Assembly (NCBI GenBank): GCA_016748015.1
Contig: JAAOMT010000703.1
Location: 186,001-250,000, forward strand
DNA: 64,000 nt
Reading direction: 5' to 3'
Origin: Geosiphon pyriformis uo1
Taxonomy: Eukaryota; Fungi; Glomeromycota
The notes under the pieces were generated by a model. It did no database searches. It was not told the origin of the DNA and saw nothing but the letters and a program-made list of their open reading frames with translations. Every line of letters begins with the position of its first letter. The first letter of the stretch is position 1. The translations under genes and the position numbers were made by a program. Shown piece by piece: positions 9,917 through 23,600 of the stretch.

Positions 9917-10787
9917 TATTACTCATAAAAATATAGGGAATATATATTAGCATAGTTATTAATCAATCAAAAGTAGATATAGTAAAATGTGGAATTCCAG
10001 GATTCCTCTCAGGAATTGCAGGATTCCAGGAATTATAGGATTCTCACAAAAAATTGCAGAATTCTAGAATTCCAGGATTCCTCTCAAAGAAATTGCAGGA
10101 TTCCAGGAATCCCAAGATTCTTGTTGTGAAGAATTAAGGAATTGAGGAATCTTAATTATGTATATATAGCAATAAGATTAGAAGCTAAAAAGATGGGTCT
10201 CTCAGTTTAGATTTAATCTAGACAACTTTCCAAACCACAAATAAATAACTGTTTGTTATCTCAAACCCACTACCACTATTAACACTTCATGTTGATAGTA
10301 ATTGATACTTAACCACACTAGAACAATAGCTCTTGATCACGGCTATTGATGAAATACTAACTTGCAAATTGCCTTGGCTTATTTCTTTTTTTTCTTTATT
10401 TTCTTTTCTTTTCTTTATTTCTTGCTTTGATTTTATTGTTGTTTACTAACTCTATTGAGGATTAATGCGTGGAATACTGACGTCAGGATAAACATAACTG
10501 GTAAAAGACCTAGAAATAAAGGTAAAACACTTGATTGAAGATAGCTTACCAGGAGGAATACTAGCCATTAAACTGAGAAAGAAATTGACAAAACTGTGGT
10601 TTCAGAAAGCTACAGATAAAACTATTATCATTGAATCTCTGTCTATTATACAAAGAACTCAACCAAACCCTTCGGATACAAACTCTTCAAACACAAACCT
10701 TCAGATCACTATCAACTGCAACTAGATTTGAGCACCAAGTTACAGGTTTGTTATTTAATCTAACACCAAAAATAGTCACCTGTAACA
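9917..10787 (+). repeat. Element A 3' LTR
   Basis: Direct repeat of 621-1446, with extra U3 repeat units. Confidence 0.95.
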
Positions 10788-13700
10788 ATGGTATGATAAT
10801 AATAATAGTCTTTTAATTCCAAATCTTTGACTTAGTTTTGCTAATGTTTTATTTACAAAGTGAGTTCCTTGATCTAATAATAGTTTTTTTGAACATCTAT
10901 GTCAGCAGATTAAATCTTGATGAATAAATTTGGCAATGGATTTTGCATCTGCTCTTTGAATGGCTTTTGCTTTTGGCTATTTAGTGAGATAGTTCATGGC
11001 TATTGCAATATATCTGTTGTCTCTGCTAGTGATTGTTAGTGGTCTGACTAAGTTAATTTCAATGTAATTGAATAGTTGTCCCACTTTGATTGGTCATAAT
11101 AATTTATTGGGTTTTGTTTCTTTTTTTCTCTGACAAGTATCACAATTTTGAACATATTGGATGATATCTGGATATATTGATGGCCAATAGTATTTTTTTC
11201 TAATTTTTTCTATGGTTGTTTCTTTGTGAAAATGTTCTGTTGTTGGATCTAAGTGCATGTTGAATAATATTGTCTTTTTCTCTGAATCTGTAATTACTCT
11301 GATTGGTTGATCTGGATTTCTTTTGTTCTTCTGGTAAAGTATATTTTGATGGTTAATAAAATATTTTGATTGTTGTTTTATGTTATTTTGTTCTTTTTAA
11401 GATAATTTCTTCTTGAACAATTGGGTATTTATGTAATGTTGAAGTTGTTGGTATTTTTGTATTTTCATTTTTTTGTTATATTTTTGGGTTGAAATGTTCT
11501 TAGATTTGTCTCATTTATAACAAACCATCAATATTTCCATTTTTTTTTCTTTTTTTATAATGTACTGTATAATTAAATAGTAAAAACTTGATTTTCCATC
11601 TAATATAACAATTGTCTCCAAATTTTTGCTTTTGAATTAAAGTTAATCCTTTATAATCAGTATATACATCAAATTTTTAACTCAAGTATTCTTTCTATTT
11701 GATGACAGCCCAATAGATAGCTAAGTGTTCTAGTGCTGGAGTTCTATAGTTCTTTTTAACTGGATTTAAGCTTCTACTGGTGTAAGCTACTGGGTATTCT
11801 CATCCATCTGGCTTTTTTGAGATAGTACAGCTCCTAATATTTAACCAAATGCATCAATAGTAATGATGAATAGTTTGCTGTGGTCTGAATAGATTAATAC
11901 TGGGGCTTGAATAAGTTTTCTTTTCAGTGTGTTAAAGGCTTTTTGTTGGATTTCAGTTTATTTGTATTTGGTGTTTTTTGTTTGGAGTTAATGTAGTGGT
12001 TGGGCTATTTTGGAAAAGTTTTTGATAAATTGGCAGTAATATCCAGCAAATCCCAAAAATGTTCTTAATTTCATAAGATTATTTGGTACTGAAAAGTTCT
12101 TAACAATCTCAATCTTATTTAGATCCGTTTTAATACTGTCTTTGCTTACAACATGTCCCAAAAACTTGAGTTCAGTTTTTCCAAAAAAACACTTGGTTGC
12201 ATTTAATTTTAATCTGGCTCTTTTTAGTTTTTTAAATACTTGTTGAAGATAGTATAAATAATTATCGAATGTTTTGGAGAACACATTGGTATCATTCAGA
12301 TATACAATTACTAATTTTCATAACAGTCTGGTATAAATAATTTCCATAAGTCATTGAAATGTGGCCAGAGTATTTATTAAGCCAAATAGCATAACCTCAA
12401 ATTCAAAATTTTTTTCTCAAGTCATAAAAGCTGTTTTCTCTTTGTCTTCTGGTTTCATGGCTACTTGCCAGTAATTACTGTTTAAATCTAAAGTTAAAAA
12501 CCATTTCTTTCCTCCAAAAGCATCGAAAAGTTCTTGGATCTTTGAAGTTGAATAGCTATCCTCTTTTATTACTCTATTTAATTTTCAGTAATCCACACAA
12601 AAGCAAATTTTCTCATTTTTCTTCCAGACTAATATTACTGATGATAACCATAAACTTATTGATGACTGAATTAGCCCATTGTTAAGCATTTAATTAATTT
12701 TTTGACAAATAATTTCATGGCTGGCTAGTGGTATTTAATATGCTCTTTGTTTGATTGACATTGTATTTCCAGTCTTGATCTGATGCTAAATTGTGTCCAT
12801 TCTGCTGAATTCATTTTCACTGGCAAAGATATTATTGAAATTGTTGAGTAACATTTTAAGCTACATACATTATAGTAGATCTAGATTTCCCAAGTTCATC
12901 TGTTTCAATTGTTCTGGTTGGAGCAAATAATATTCTTCTTGTCTGTATATTGTTTGAGATGTGATGTTCATGTATTTACACAGTTGTGAAAAATCTGGAA
13001 TGGTGTTTAGGAGTTGGTTTTCAATTTCAGTGGATAAATATCTAATAGTAGTTCCTTCTGGTATCTTGATGATATTTTTTATGTTGTTGTAAATAGAAAT
13101 TTTAATGTGACTATGGTTCTTGGCTGGTATATGTAGATTGACTAATCTAATTTCTCCTGATTCACAAAGTGTGACTTCTGCCTCAAAAATCTGAACCTGA
13201 TTTTTCACTTTTCTCTTTATAATTACCATGTACCAGTTATATGGTGGAATAGAAATTGATTGACAGGTGAAGATAATTTCTCTCTTGTCAACAATTTTTT
13301 TTTCTGCCATATTAACTGATATATTTATTCTACCTGTAAATCCAAAACTTTGTATCTCTTTAGCTATAATTCCTAATTTTTTCCTGTTTTCTACTGATAC
13401 TAATTGAGTTATTTTAACCAGAAGCAGAAATATTGTCTGTGTTATCTTTTTGTTTGGCTCTATGATATAGGCTTTTTCTGAATCATTTTGTAGCATTGTA
13501 ATGATATTTTTTACATATTCTGCATCAATTATTCCTCCTTTGATGTTAATTTTCTTTTTTGCTAAACTACTTCTAAATGCTAATTGAACTATTGTTGTTG
13601 CTGAAATTTTTAATGCTACTTTGAGATCAATGCATGTGCACGAATGTAGTTCCAATTTGATGGTGTCCTTCCCTAGATATCTCAGATCAAAACTTGGCAT

Positions 13701-16700
13701 TGGTATCATATGCACATTCTGGCATAATATCTTTATCATTATCACTGAACTATTTCAATTCTTGTTCTTTGGTGAAGTCAGGAAGGGTGATATATTGTTT
13801 GGAGTTTGAATTAGAGTTTGAATCATTGTTGTCATTGCTAATTTGTATAGAGCTGGCACTGTTGTTTTCATTATCATTGTTGTCAGAGATTAAATCAGAA
13901 TTGAAAGTTGATTTTAATTCTGATGCACAGCTGCTGATTGGTTCTTTTTCTTCTGGAATCATGTAGATCATGTGTGGTAATGACACTTATTACAATATTA
14001 GAAGTCACAGAGAATTAAACAATAGTTACATAGTCATGTGTTTATTTCTTCCAATCATTGCTCTTGTTCTTTTTGAGTGGGTGCTAATTTTTAGTAGTGC
14101 TTGTGGAATTGTTCTGGGTCCATAGGCTCTAGTATAATATCTAGATTTAAACTCCAGTCAAGTTTTATGGGTTCTGGTGAGTTGTTTTTGATTGTTTTTA
14201 TTTCTTCTGATGATGTTTCTTCAATTTTGGCAAATGTTATTTGCCAGATTTTATTATTGTCATGTGAGCAATCATTCAGATATTTTACTGCTTTTCTCCA
14301 AGTGGCTTTTATGGGAGTTTTTTTTTGTATCCAGTTACTAATTAGAATCGTGTATTGACACAATTCATTATAGGTTTCTCCTTGTTCAGAAATGTTGTTC
14401 TATATTCCTTTGTCTAATAGGGTTTTTCTATAAGCAAAACAAGATTTGTTGTTTTATTTTCCTTGCCTTTTTGGTCTTTCAAAGTGTTTTAGGATGCATA
14501 AGTGGCAGTAGAATTTGGTTGCCATAGAATATTCCTCATTGTTACCACAGCACGTACCTATTGACAACAATTTCTTGTTATAATTAATACATATTAGTTT
14601 CAGTCTGCAATAGTTAGACTGGTGTGATAGAGAGTAAGTATATAGTGTATAAGTAAAGGTAGTGACTGGTGCTGATTTTTTTTTCTTCTTCTTTCTTTTT
14701 CTTTTTTCTTTCTAAGTCCAAATTGGTGATGGCTTGTTTTGGTTATTATTATTTCAATAACTGTGGTTGGTTTCTTAAGTAGGTTCTTCTTCTCTTTTTT
14801 CTTTTTTTTTGTTGTTCCATGATGATATTAGTGGTAATTTGTTGTGGTTGGCATCGGCCCAAGAAACTTGGTACACTTTTTAGGTAGATTTTTTTTCTTT
14901 AACTCAATAAATGGTGCTAACATGTTGTTACTGAGTTTAAAATGTTTACACATTGCTGGTACTCATGTGTGTTACCTATTTTAACTAAGTTGCAATTCCT
15001 GGGTGGTCTAATCAAGCATTATATTTGTTTTTAACAGCCAATTATTACCAACAAGTGCTTGGTATTGAGTGGTTTCCATAACTAGTACCTTAATTGGTAT
15101 GATAATGCCATTGACTTCTATAGGGAAGTTATCAATCTCACCAATTGGAGTTTTGGTTGCTTCATCAGCTGTTATAATTCTGGTGCTGGCAGCACAATCA
15201 ACTCGGTGACCTAATTGGTCTATGAGTTGTTGTGTGATGATGCTGTCTGTAAAACTATTATCTAAGATCAGTTTTATGGCCTAACTATTGACTTTAACAT
15301 CAGTATACATGGCAGTGATGGGTTTTTCTTTGAGCATGACTCTACTGAACAATAGTAGTTGTGATAATTTCTTAAATTCAAATGGGAAAATTGCTGCTAA
15401 CAATTCATTATTGGTTATGGTGACTAGAGGTATATTGCTGGTAAGTGATTTGTTTTGGTTGGATTCCCAGTTGTTAGATAAGACATTTTCTGGAATAACC
15501 AGAAGACTTAAATAGTGTTGGGAATTTGGGTTTTGGGCATATCTCGTCTCTAAATTCCAAGAGCATGTTTTTGATTGTTGAATAAAAGAGCTGGGAATCA
15601 GTTGATGAACAACTATTACTGATCTTCAGTTTTGTTGTGTCATTTTCAGCCTTTGTATTCCAGTTTAAAATAAGTTTTGTGGCAGTGTTTGAATTTGTTG
15701 GGGCTGGTATATTACTTGCGACTGTGGCTAATAAATGATAGATGTTGTTGGCTGATAAATTAAAACTTGATATATTGGTAGTTGATAAATTGGCTGTTGT
15801 GTTATTTAAGTGTAATGAGGTGAGTATTAATTCTGATTTGGGTATTGATTAAGAGTTTGAAACTTGCAATTAGGGTTTCGATATTAATTTTCCAATTATG
15901 AGTTATTATTATAAAAATAGCAATTAATTCTTAAATAGCCTTGTTTACCACAATTGTGACAGATACAAATCTCTTGCTGCCATGACTAATTAGATAATAA
16001 TGAAGAACATAACTGATTTTGGGAGCAATTCACATTTTCAAAATTATTGTGTTATTAAGGTGACTGATAAATTACACGATTGTTAACTAAGTATCTTTCT
16101 AGTTTCTGATTAATTGAATTACTAAGTTGTTTCAATTTGGAATCCAAGTCAGATAATCTATTTATTACTAGATTAATGACTTGGGCATGGTTTGGCAGAT
16201 TCAAAATCTCTTACATTGGTAACTATATCTTGGAAAGTTTGTGAGTACATTAGGTGTATATACTAAAAAATGCTGCTGCATAATTCACAAATAAACTGGT
16301 TTAGAATCTGTGGTGCTGTAAAGTAATTTGTATTAATCACTTATATTTGGCACAAGTTTTTATGAAAGCATTCTAGATAAGTAGTGATTGCTCCAGTTTC
16401 TTCTTGTTTTATGATAGTGAATGTATTTGCCAAGCAATTAATACTGTTATTATTGCTAAAATATCTCAAAAACTCAAGCTTAAATGAATTAAAATCCTAA
16501 GGTTTGTTAACCAAGCTCTAATACCATGAGTTGGTGATATCCTAGAAGAAGTATGGAATGGCTTGCATGGCTTGTGCATCATTTCATCCATTGGCTGTGA
16601 TGGCTTTTTTTACATTGTTTAGTTACATTTGGGTGTTATCTTCTTTGCCTATGAATTTTTTGAGTTTGCTATTGGGGCATAGGCTATTAGATCCAAGTTT

Positions 16701-17535
16701 GGTTGTTGTGGTGGTTGAAGTGATAATTGTTGAGGTAATATTAGTGGCTGTTGAAGTTGTTTAGCAATTGGATCAATTGGTTGTTGATTAATGATAATTT
16801 CTGGAGATAAGTTTTGCTAATTAATTATCTCGGAGTTTGAATTGTTGAGAGTTTGCTGGTTTTGAATATTCAGAGTTTTAACTTCTGGATTTTCTGCAAT
16901 CGGGTTTTGATAATTAAATTTTTGATCCTTTTTTTTCTCTTCTTCTGATGCTGTTATTTCCTAAGGACTTATAGTTCCAAAATCTGGTGGAGATAGTGGT
17001 GATCAGAATCCTGATGGCATTGGCAATTGTAATTTAAATTTTTCGAAGTAATTACCATAGATTTCTAATAATTCCGCTTTCTTTTATTTACTTTAAAATG
17101 GTAATCATCCAAATGTTGATGTTATGTTTAATGTGGATGCATCTGCTAATGTGATATTGATGATATTTCTAGGTGTATGATGATATAATAGATATAATAA
17201 GAATTCAATTCTTTGTTTCTTTTATGTTGGTAATTGTATTCTTTTTGGGATTACTGTTGGTGTTTGTAACTTTTCATTATTCTTATTTGTGTAGGTAATA
17301 GGGAATTGTTGTTGAGTGTATCTTTCAATTTCTTGATTAAGTTTTTTAATGATTGGTGCAAAACTGTAATTTCATGGTAAGCTGGTGTGTTAGATTAATT
17401 CTGTATAGAAATTTTTTCTTGCTGATTCAATATTAACTGGTCTTCTCAGAAAATCTGTGATTTTTTCATTGATGTAAAAGTTGAAGACTGATTCCACTGG
17501 ATAATGGTTGTTGGTTAAGCCTAATTGTTGGCTGT
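10788..17535 (-). mobile_element. Element D internal region (gag-PR-Cys-rich-dUTPase-RT-RH-IN), heavily decayed
   Basis: Colinear reverse-strand homologue of A: dUTPase ORF 12870..13745, RT fragment 11988..12284, gag fragment 17390..17581. Confidence 0.92.
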
Positions 17536-18402
17536 TGTTACGGGATGGTTTTCTTGTTATATTTAATTGCTGATATCCCACTTTAATTGCAATCAGTCTT
17601 TCGTGAGTTCCTCAATTCTATTTGTGTGATAATGTTACTGTTACACTGAAGGCTTTCTTTTTTTCTGTTGCGATGTAAGTTATTCTTTAATTCTTGATTG
17701 TTGTGTGTGTTTATGTACTCTTTTTCAGAGGCTGAACTGAAATCTACCCACTGTCTGGGGTCTTCTCTGAGGCTATCCTTGCAATTGTCTGATGTGTTTT
17801 TCTAATCTAGAAACACAGAATGTTAATGGTCTTAAGCGCTTTTCTAATTCTCACAATAAAGCTTTTATCAATTAGTAACAACATGAATAATCTTGATCAA
17901 GGATTATTCTTCCAAGGGATTCAGTTGATGAATGATAGTTTCATTCAATGAATAATACAAGTAAGTTTCTTAATACTTTGGGTTGTGATAGTTCAGTTTT
18001 AAATATTCTTTTTTATTTCTTTTTGATTTTAAAGGTTTCTTGGGATATTTAATTTGAAAGTATGATTTAAAGTAGAGTTTGTTGGATAAAATTGGATCTA
18101 TTGCTTGATAAGTTATGATTTTTATTACTTGATTGATTCTTTCCCAATATTAAAACTACTGTATATATACATGTTTGTAGTTCTACAAGAAAATACTTTC
18201 TTTTTGATATTTCAACCTGGTGTTTGCTGCTATCACCAGTTGGTGTTGGCTGCTATTGTAAACTGGTGCTTGCCACTATTGCGAAATGGTGTTTGCTACT
18301 ATGTTAATCATTACCTTTCTAAGATTATTACTGTGCTATATTATGATTGAATAGTTTGTATTATTTTTATGATTCTTTTTGCTAAATTCTTAAACCGTAA
18401 CA
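17536..18402 (-). repeat. Element B 3' LTR (867 bp)
   Basis: Preceded on the minus strand by the PPT GAAAGAAGGGGATAA (18403-18417). Confidence 0.93.
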
Positions 18403-18923
18403 TTATCCCCTTCTTTCAAGATTGAGCTCCGTCAAAATTGAAGTTAATTTCTTCATTAAATTCTAAGTTACTATAGTGGTTCAATACTGTGTTATTAATT
18501 TGTTGTTGTAATTCTTGAAATTGCGAGTTGGTAAGTCATCCAATACTGTTGGTTGNNNNNNNNNNNNNNNNNNNNNNNNNNNNNNNNNNNNNNNNNNNNN
18601 NNNNNNNNNNNNNNNNNNNNNNNNNNNNNNNNNNNNNNNNNNNNNNNNNNNNNNNNNNNNNNNNNNNNNNNNNNNNNNNNNNNNNNNNNNNNNNNNNNNN
18701 NNNNNNNNNNNNNNNNNNNNNNNNNNNNNNNNNNNNNNNNNNNNNNNNNNNNNNNNNNNNNNNNNNNNNNNNNNNNNNNNNNNNNNNNNNNNNNNNNNNN
18801 NNNNNNNNNNNNNNNNNNNNNNNNNNNNNNNNNNNNNNNNNNNNNNNNNNNNNNNNNNNNNNNNNNNNNNNNNNNNNNNNNNNNNNNNNNNNNNNNNNNN
18901 NNNNNNNNNNNNNNNNNNNNNNN

Positions 18924-19705
18924 ATATTTTATCATCTAGTCTTAGCTTGTATGCTCCATTTCCAAGTATTTCGTGAATATAAAATGGTCCATCCCACTTG
19001 TGATCAAATTTTCCACTCCGTTTTTCCATTTTTGTATGATGCAACAATACTTTATCTCCAATTTTGTAGCTAATTATATTATCTGGTAACTGGTTATCAT
19101 GTCTCACTTTTTGTTGTTTTTGTGATTGTTCAATATTTTGTGCTGCTTTTCTTCTTTTGTTTTCTAAAGTTCTCATTAATTTGTATGTTCTTCTAAGTAG
19201 TGTTTTCTGGAATGTTGCTTCCGTGATAGTGTCACTTGGATAAGTTGGGATAGTAAGTTCAACAGGTAATGTGGCTTTTCTTCCATAAACTAGTTCAAAT
19301 GGTGTGAATTGTGTAGTATCTTGTTTTACTGTTCTATATGTTAGTAGTACTGCTAGTATGAACAAATCCCATTCTTTTTCATGTTTGTTACTAATTTTCG
19401 CCAGTGATTTGCATAATGTGCGATTAAATCTTTCAACTAATCCATTTGTTTGAGGGTGGTATGGTGATGACAGTGGTCACTTGATTCCAAATTTTTGGCT
19501 AAGTTTTTTTAAGGTGCTGTTTACGAAGTGTGTGCCTTGATCTGATAGCAATTCTTGTGGACATCCATGTCGGCAAATTAAGTCTTCATGTACGAATTGA
19601 GCTACGGAAATAGCATCAGCTGTTTTAATAGCTCTAGCTTCTGGCCATTTGGTGAGATAGTCCATGGCTACTGCAATATAACGGTTGTTTTTTGTTGTTG
19701 TGGCA
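18924..19705 (-). pseudogene. B: integrase, N-terminal part missing
   Basis: MDYLTKWPEA, LLSDQGTHF, YHPQTNG and KWDGPF are present. The HHCC domain and first catalytic Asp are absent. Confidence 0.88.
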
Positions 19706-19721
19706 GGTGGGTTGGTGATTT

Positions 19722-21020
19722 TTATGTGTGTCTCATTCTTGACAAACAGTCAGCATTAGCATTTTTGGTACCTTCTTTGTATTTGATAATATAATCGTAT
19801 AGTGCTAATGTTTGTGACCATCTGGCGTATTTTCTTTTTAGCGCTTTCTTGTTATTTAACCAGACCAGACCTCTATGATCTGTCGTAATCTCAAAGGGTT
19901 AGTACCGTAAATATGTGTCAAAGTGAACACAACTCCAGACTACTGCTAAGCATTTAAGTTCATGTGCTGCGTAGTTTTGTTCTGCCGTACTGAGACTTCT
20001 GCTGGCATAAGCGATTACACGTTCTCTTCCATTATCATCTTTTTGTAACAGAATGGCTCCAAGTCCAGTTCCAAAGTCATCTGTGGCCAAAATGAATTTC
20101 TTGTTGAAATTCGAATAGATCATTATTGGTGATTCAATGAGCTTTTGTCTAAGGTACTCAAAAGCTTTTTGTTGTGCTTCAGTCCATTCAAACTTCACAT
20201 TTTTAGATAGTAGGTAATTAAGGGGTTTGGCGATGTTTGAAAAGTTTTCTACAAAGTGGCGGTAGTAAGATGCGAGTCCTAAAAAGCTTCTAACTTCTGA
20301 AACGTTTCGAGATACTGGAAAATTTTTCACTTTGTCTATTTTTGATGGATCTGGTTTTATTCCATCTTTTCTAACTACGTGTCCTAAAAATGCTAGCTCA
20401 TTTTTTCCAAAGAAACATTTTTCTAGATTTAGTTTAAGTCCAGCGTGTCTCAATCTCTCTAAAACTTGTTGTAAATGTTGGAGATGATCCGTGAATTTTG
20501 ACGAGAAAACATTTGTATCATCCAAGTAGACAACAATGGATTGCCACAGGATTCCGGAGTAAATTACGTCCATTAGTCTTTGGAATGTTGCAGGAGCATT
20601 TGTTAATCCAAATGACATTACATTGAACTCATAATTGCCATTTTGTGTTGTGAATGCTGTTTTATGCCTGTCCTTTGGGTCCATTTCCACTTGCCAGTAC
20701 TCACTGGTCAAGTCTAGTGTAGAAAACCATTTTGCTCCTTCAAAAACGTCGAAGATTTCGTCAATTAATGGTATTGGGTATGAGTTTTTGGTTGTTTTGC
20801 TGTTTTGTTTGTGATAGTCGACGCAAAATCTAATTTTTCCGTTCTTTTTCCTTACTAAAACAACTGGTGAGGACCATGGGCTCATTGATGGTTGTATTAT
20901 TCCTTTTTCCAACATGTTTTGGACTTCTTCTCTGATAAAATTATGCTCCATTGGTGGGACACGGTAAGCGCGTTGTTTTTCAGATCTGGCATCTCCAGTG
21001 GGGATTTGGTGTTGAACCAA
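19722..21020 (-). pseudogene. B: RT and RNase H
   Basis: ORF 19899..21020 with YLDD, FGLTNAPATFQ, LATD and AYASR; ends NADCLSRMRHT* at 19722-19724. Confidence 0.95.
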
Positions 21021-21554
21021 GTTGGTTCTTCCAAATTCGCCATTTCTTGAAAATATATCAGAGTATTTTAAAATTAATGCTTTTAATTGTCACTGTTGGT
21101 CAGGATCCATTGTTCCAATGTTTAATTTGGCCAATTTTTCTGGCGTAAATTGATAGCATTCTACTGGTTGTTGCCAATTTATTGAAGTGAGTTCACAGTA
21201 GAGGGCGATTTCTGGGAAATTTAGAATTTCTTGTGGTGTTGACGCGTTTTCTAGCTCCGTTCCGAGGTATCCAATGATGGTATTTTCCGGAATGTAGACA
21301 GGTTCTTCTGTGGTGTTTGTGATAAGAATTTTTATCCATTGAGCTTTATCAGCTGGAATAAAAAGGTTAGTAAGTCCTATGAGAAACTGTTGGCAAGTTT
21401 CTGGGTAGGGCTCAAATATTAGGTCTTTTTCTTTAATTGTTCTTTTTATTCTTATTTCTGATTTTCCATATGGTAGGAGCGTGATGGACCGCTCATTTTT
21501 AATTACTTCGCCTTTTTCCTCTATTGTTTCAGTGAAATTCGCTTCAATTCCTTT

Positions 21555-21945
21555 GCCTGTCGATCCGAAACCAAAAGTTCCTCTCATTGTTTGTGACAAT
21601 TCCTCACGATTTTTCACTGGCACGAATTTCCCAATTTTTACCAATGGTAGGAAAATTGCTTGTGCAATTTTTTCCTTAGATTCAATGGTATAAGGCTTTT
21701 CTGAATTGTTCTGTAGCAAAACCATCAAATTTTCAGTGTATCCAGAGTCAATTACTCCTCCTTGAATGCTTATTCCTTTTTTCGCGAGGCTTGATCACAA
21801 TGCCATTTGAACCATTATTCCTGGCGGAATTTCAACCGCTATTTTTAGGTCGATTTTGGTGATGCTCCTGGGTGGTAACGTTGTGGATTGGTCTTCCGGA
21901 TAATGTAGATCGAATCCGGCATCGGTTGGATGGGCTCTTTCGGGT
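21555..21945 (-). pseudogene. dut: B: dUTPase
   Basis: AHPTDAGFDL, (R)SSLA, GGVIDSGYT, EKIAQAIF and RGTFGFGSTG. Confidence 0.94.
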
Positions 21946-21974
21946 ATTATTCTTAGGTGCCCGTTGTCGAAGTA

Positions 21975-22720
21975 TCAGATATCGGTCACCTGTTCTATGT
22001 CGGTATAAGCTACAAATTTTTCTGACTCGGGACCGTCAGGTGAGTCTTGTTGATTTATTGATTGATTTTGAGACTGCTGATTCTCAATTTCCATTTTTCT
22101 TTCTAAGTCCCTTTTGTCTTGACATTCTTCACAGCACTGATTTTGGCATGGGATGAGACAGTTTTCGCAGAGGTAAGTGTTGATTTGGGCGAGGTATTGT
22201 TCTTGCTCTTGTCGAGTGGGGCATAGTTGTTGGTAGTAGTCCTGGAATTCGTCCACTGGGTCGAACATGTTGTAGCTGGCGACTTCGTCGGCTACTTCGG
22301 CTGACTCTTTCCAACGTTGTATTTCTTCGGCGGTTCCTTCTCTTACTTTGGCTTGTGCAGTGTTGTACAACTCGTCTTTGTCATGTGGGTAGTGCTGTAG
22401 TCTTTTTAACGCTCTGTTGAATGCTGCTTTGAACGGCGTTCCTCCTTTTACCCAGTTACAGATGAGGATCGTGTATTGGCAAGTTGCGTCACACGTTCCT
22501 CCTCTGTCTGGTAAGTCGTTCCAGTCACACCTTCTTGGTAATGGTTCTCCACAAGCGAGGCACGGTTCCTCGTCCCATTTTCTGTGTCTTTCTGAGTAAC
22601 CATATTTTTCTTTGTTACAATGGTTACAATAGTAGTGGGTGGGGTTTCTTGGGTCTTCGTCTGGTGCGCTGCACGCAGTCATAGATGAGAGTTTCTTCTT
22701 GCAAACCGAGCATTCTAGCT
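21975..22720 (-). pseudogene. B: Cys-rich putative zinc-binding region
   Basis: CSVC, HYYCNHC, CLAC, CDATC and CENCLIPC..CCEEC. Confidence 0.7.
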
Positions 22721-22929
22721 TTGGTCTGCGTCACTGGTGGTTTCTTCGTGAACTTACCTGGTTCCATTCGGATTTTTCTTCGCTGGTCCACGTTGGTACG
22801 GCTGGTAGTCCTGTTCTTTGGTCATCAGCCCAAAAGAGTTGATAGGTTTCGATGGCTGGTAGTGCTGGATTTTCCTCAAATTTGAAGGTAGGTCTTTGGT
22901 TGGCACTAGGTTTTTGGAAGTGGCCACAG

Positions 22930-23290
22930 GTGGCTGGAATTTTGGCCTGGTGGCTATTATAATTGATCAGAAGCTCTTGGATGGTCCAGTCTAGAGTGGC
23001 GTTGGCTTTTGTTAGCCAGTTATTCCCTACTAACGCTTGATATTGTGTAGCGTCCATTACTAATACTTTTGTAGGTATTACTATGCCGTTAATTTTGAAA
23101 GAGAATAAGTCGATTTTGCCATGAGGCAGCTTTGTACTTCCATCAGCTGTTATGATTTGGGACGTCGCGGCACGATCAACTTTGAAACCCAGTTGGTTTA
23201 CTAGTTGAAGCGTTACGATGCTTCAAGCGGATCCGCTGTCTAAGATAAGTTTGATTGGGGTATTGTTTACAGTGGCTTCCGTATACATAG
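22930..23290 (-). pseudogene. B: aspartic protease
   Basis: LILDSGSA and ALVGNNWL. Confidence 0.9.
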
Positions 23291-23600
23291 CAGTAATTAG
23301 GCATTTTTTGTCCAATGCTGCTCCACTGAACATAGCCTCATTTTCCTCTAATTCAAAAGGAAAAATAGCTGCGAGGCTGCTATCTTCGGTGGCAACTGCT
23401 GGTGGTATTGTCTGGCTCAATTTGGAGGAATTCTTGGTTCTGTTTATGTTTCTACCATCATTGTTTCCGATGATCAGGTTTTCCAGTATATTAAGGTAAG
23501 TTTGTTGATAATTTTGGTAGTTTGGATTGGTTTGCTGATTGGTTCCGGCGCGGTTTGGATTCCTCTGGACCAACGCGTTCTGGTTCCACATAGGCTGATT

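Larger units (their letters stand above)
621..10787 (+). mobile_element. Element A: full-length decayed Ty3/Gypsy LTR retrotransposon carrying dUTPase
   Basis: Paired LTRs at 621-1446 and 9917-10787, PBS, PPT, domain order gag-PR-RT-RH-IN, and a 4-bp TSD ATGG (617-620 and 10788-10791). Confidence 0.96.

Noticed and set aside
10020-10125. U3 repeats as heat-shock, STAT or NF-kB sites
   Set aside because: Only partial matches (TTCTAGAA, TTCCAGGAA, GGAATTCC) with no full three-unit HSE, and STAT and NF-kB are not expected in fungi. A factor cannot be assigned from sequence.
10531-10816. ORFs inside LTRs and many short antisense ORFs (e.g. 18105..18350, 32996..33424, 23502..23846)
   Set aside because: Short, with no recognisable motif, and not kept across divergent copies; shadows of biased composition.
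18481-19073. Long ORFs containing X runs (also 24638-25243 and 53764-54675)
   Set aside because: They are open only because N gaps contain no stop codons.
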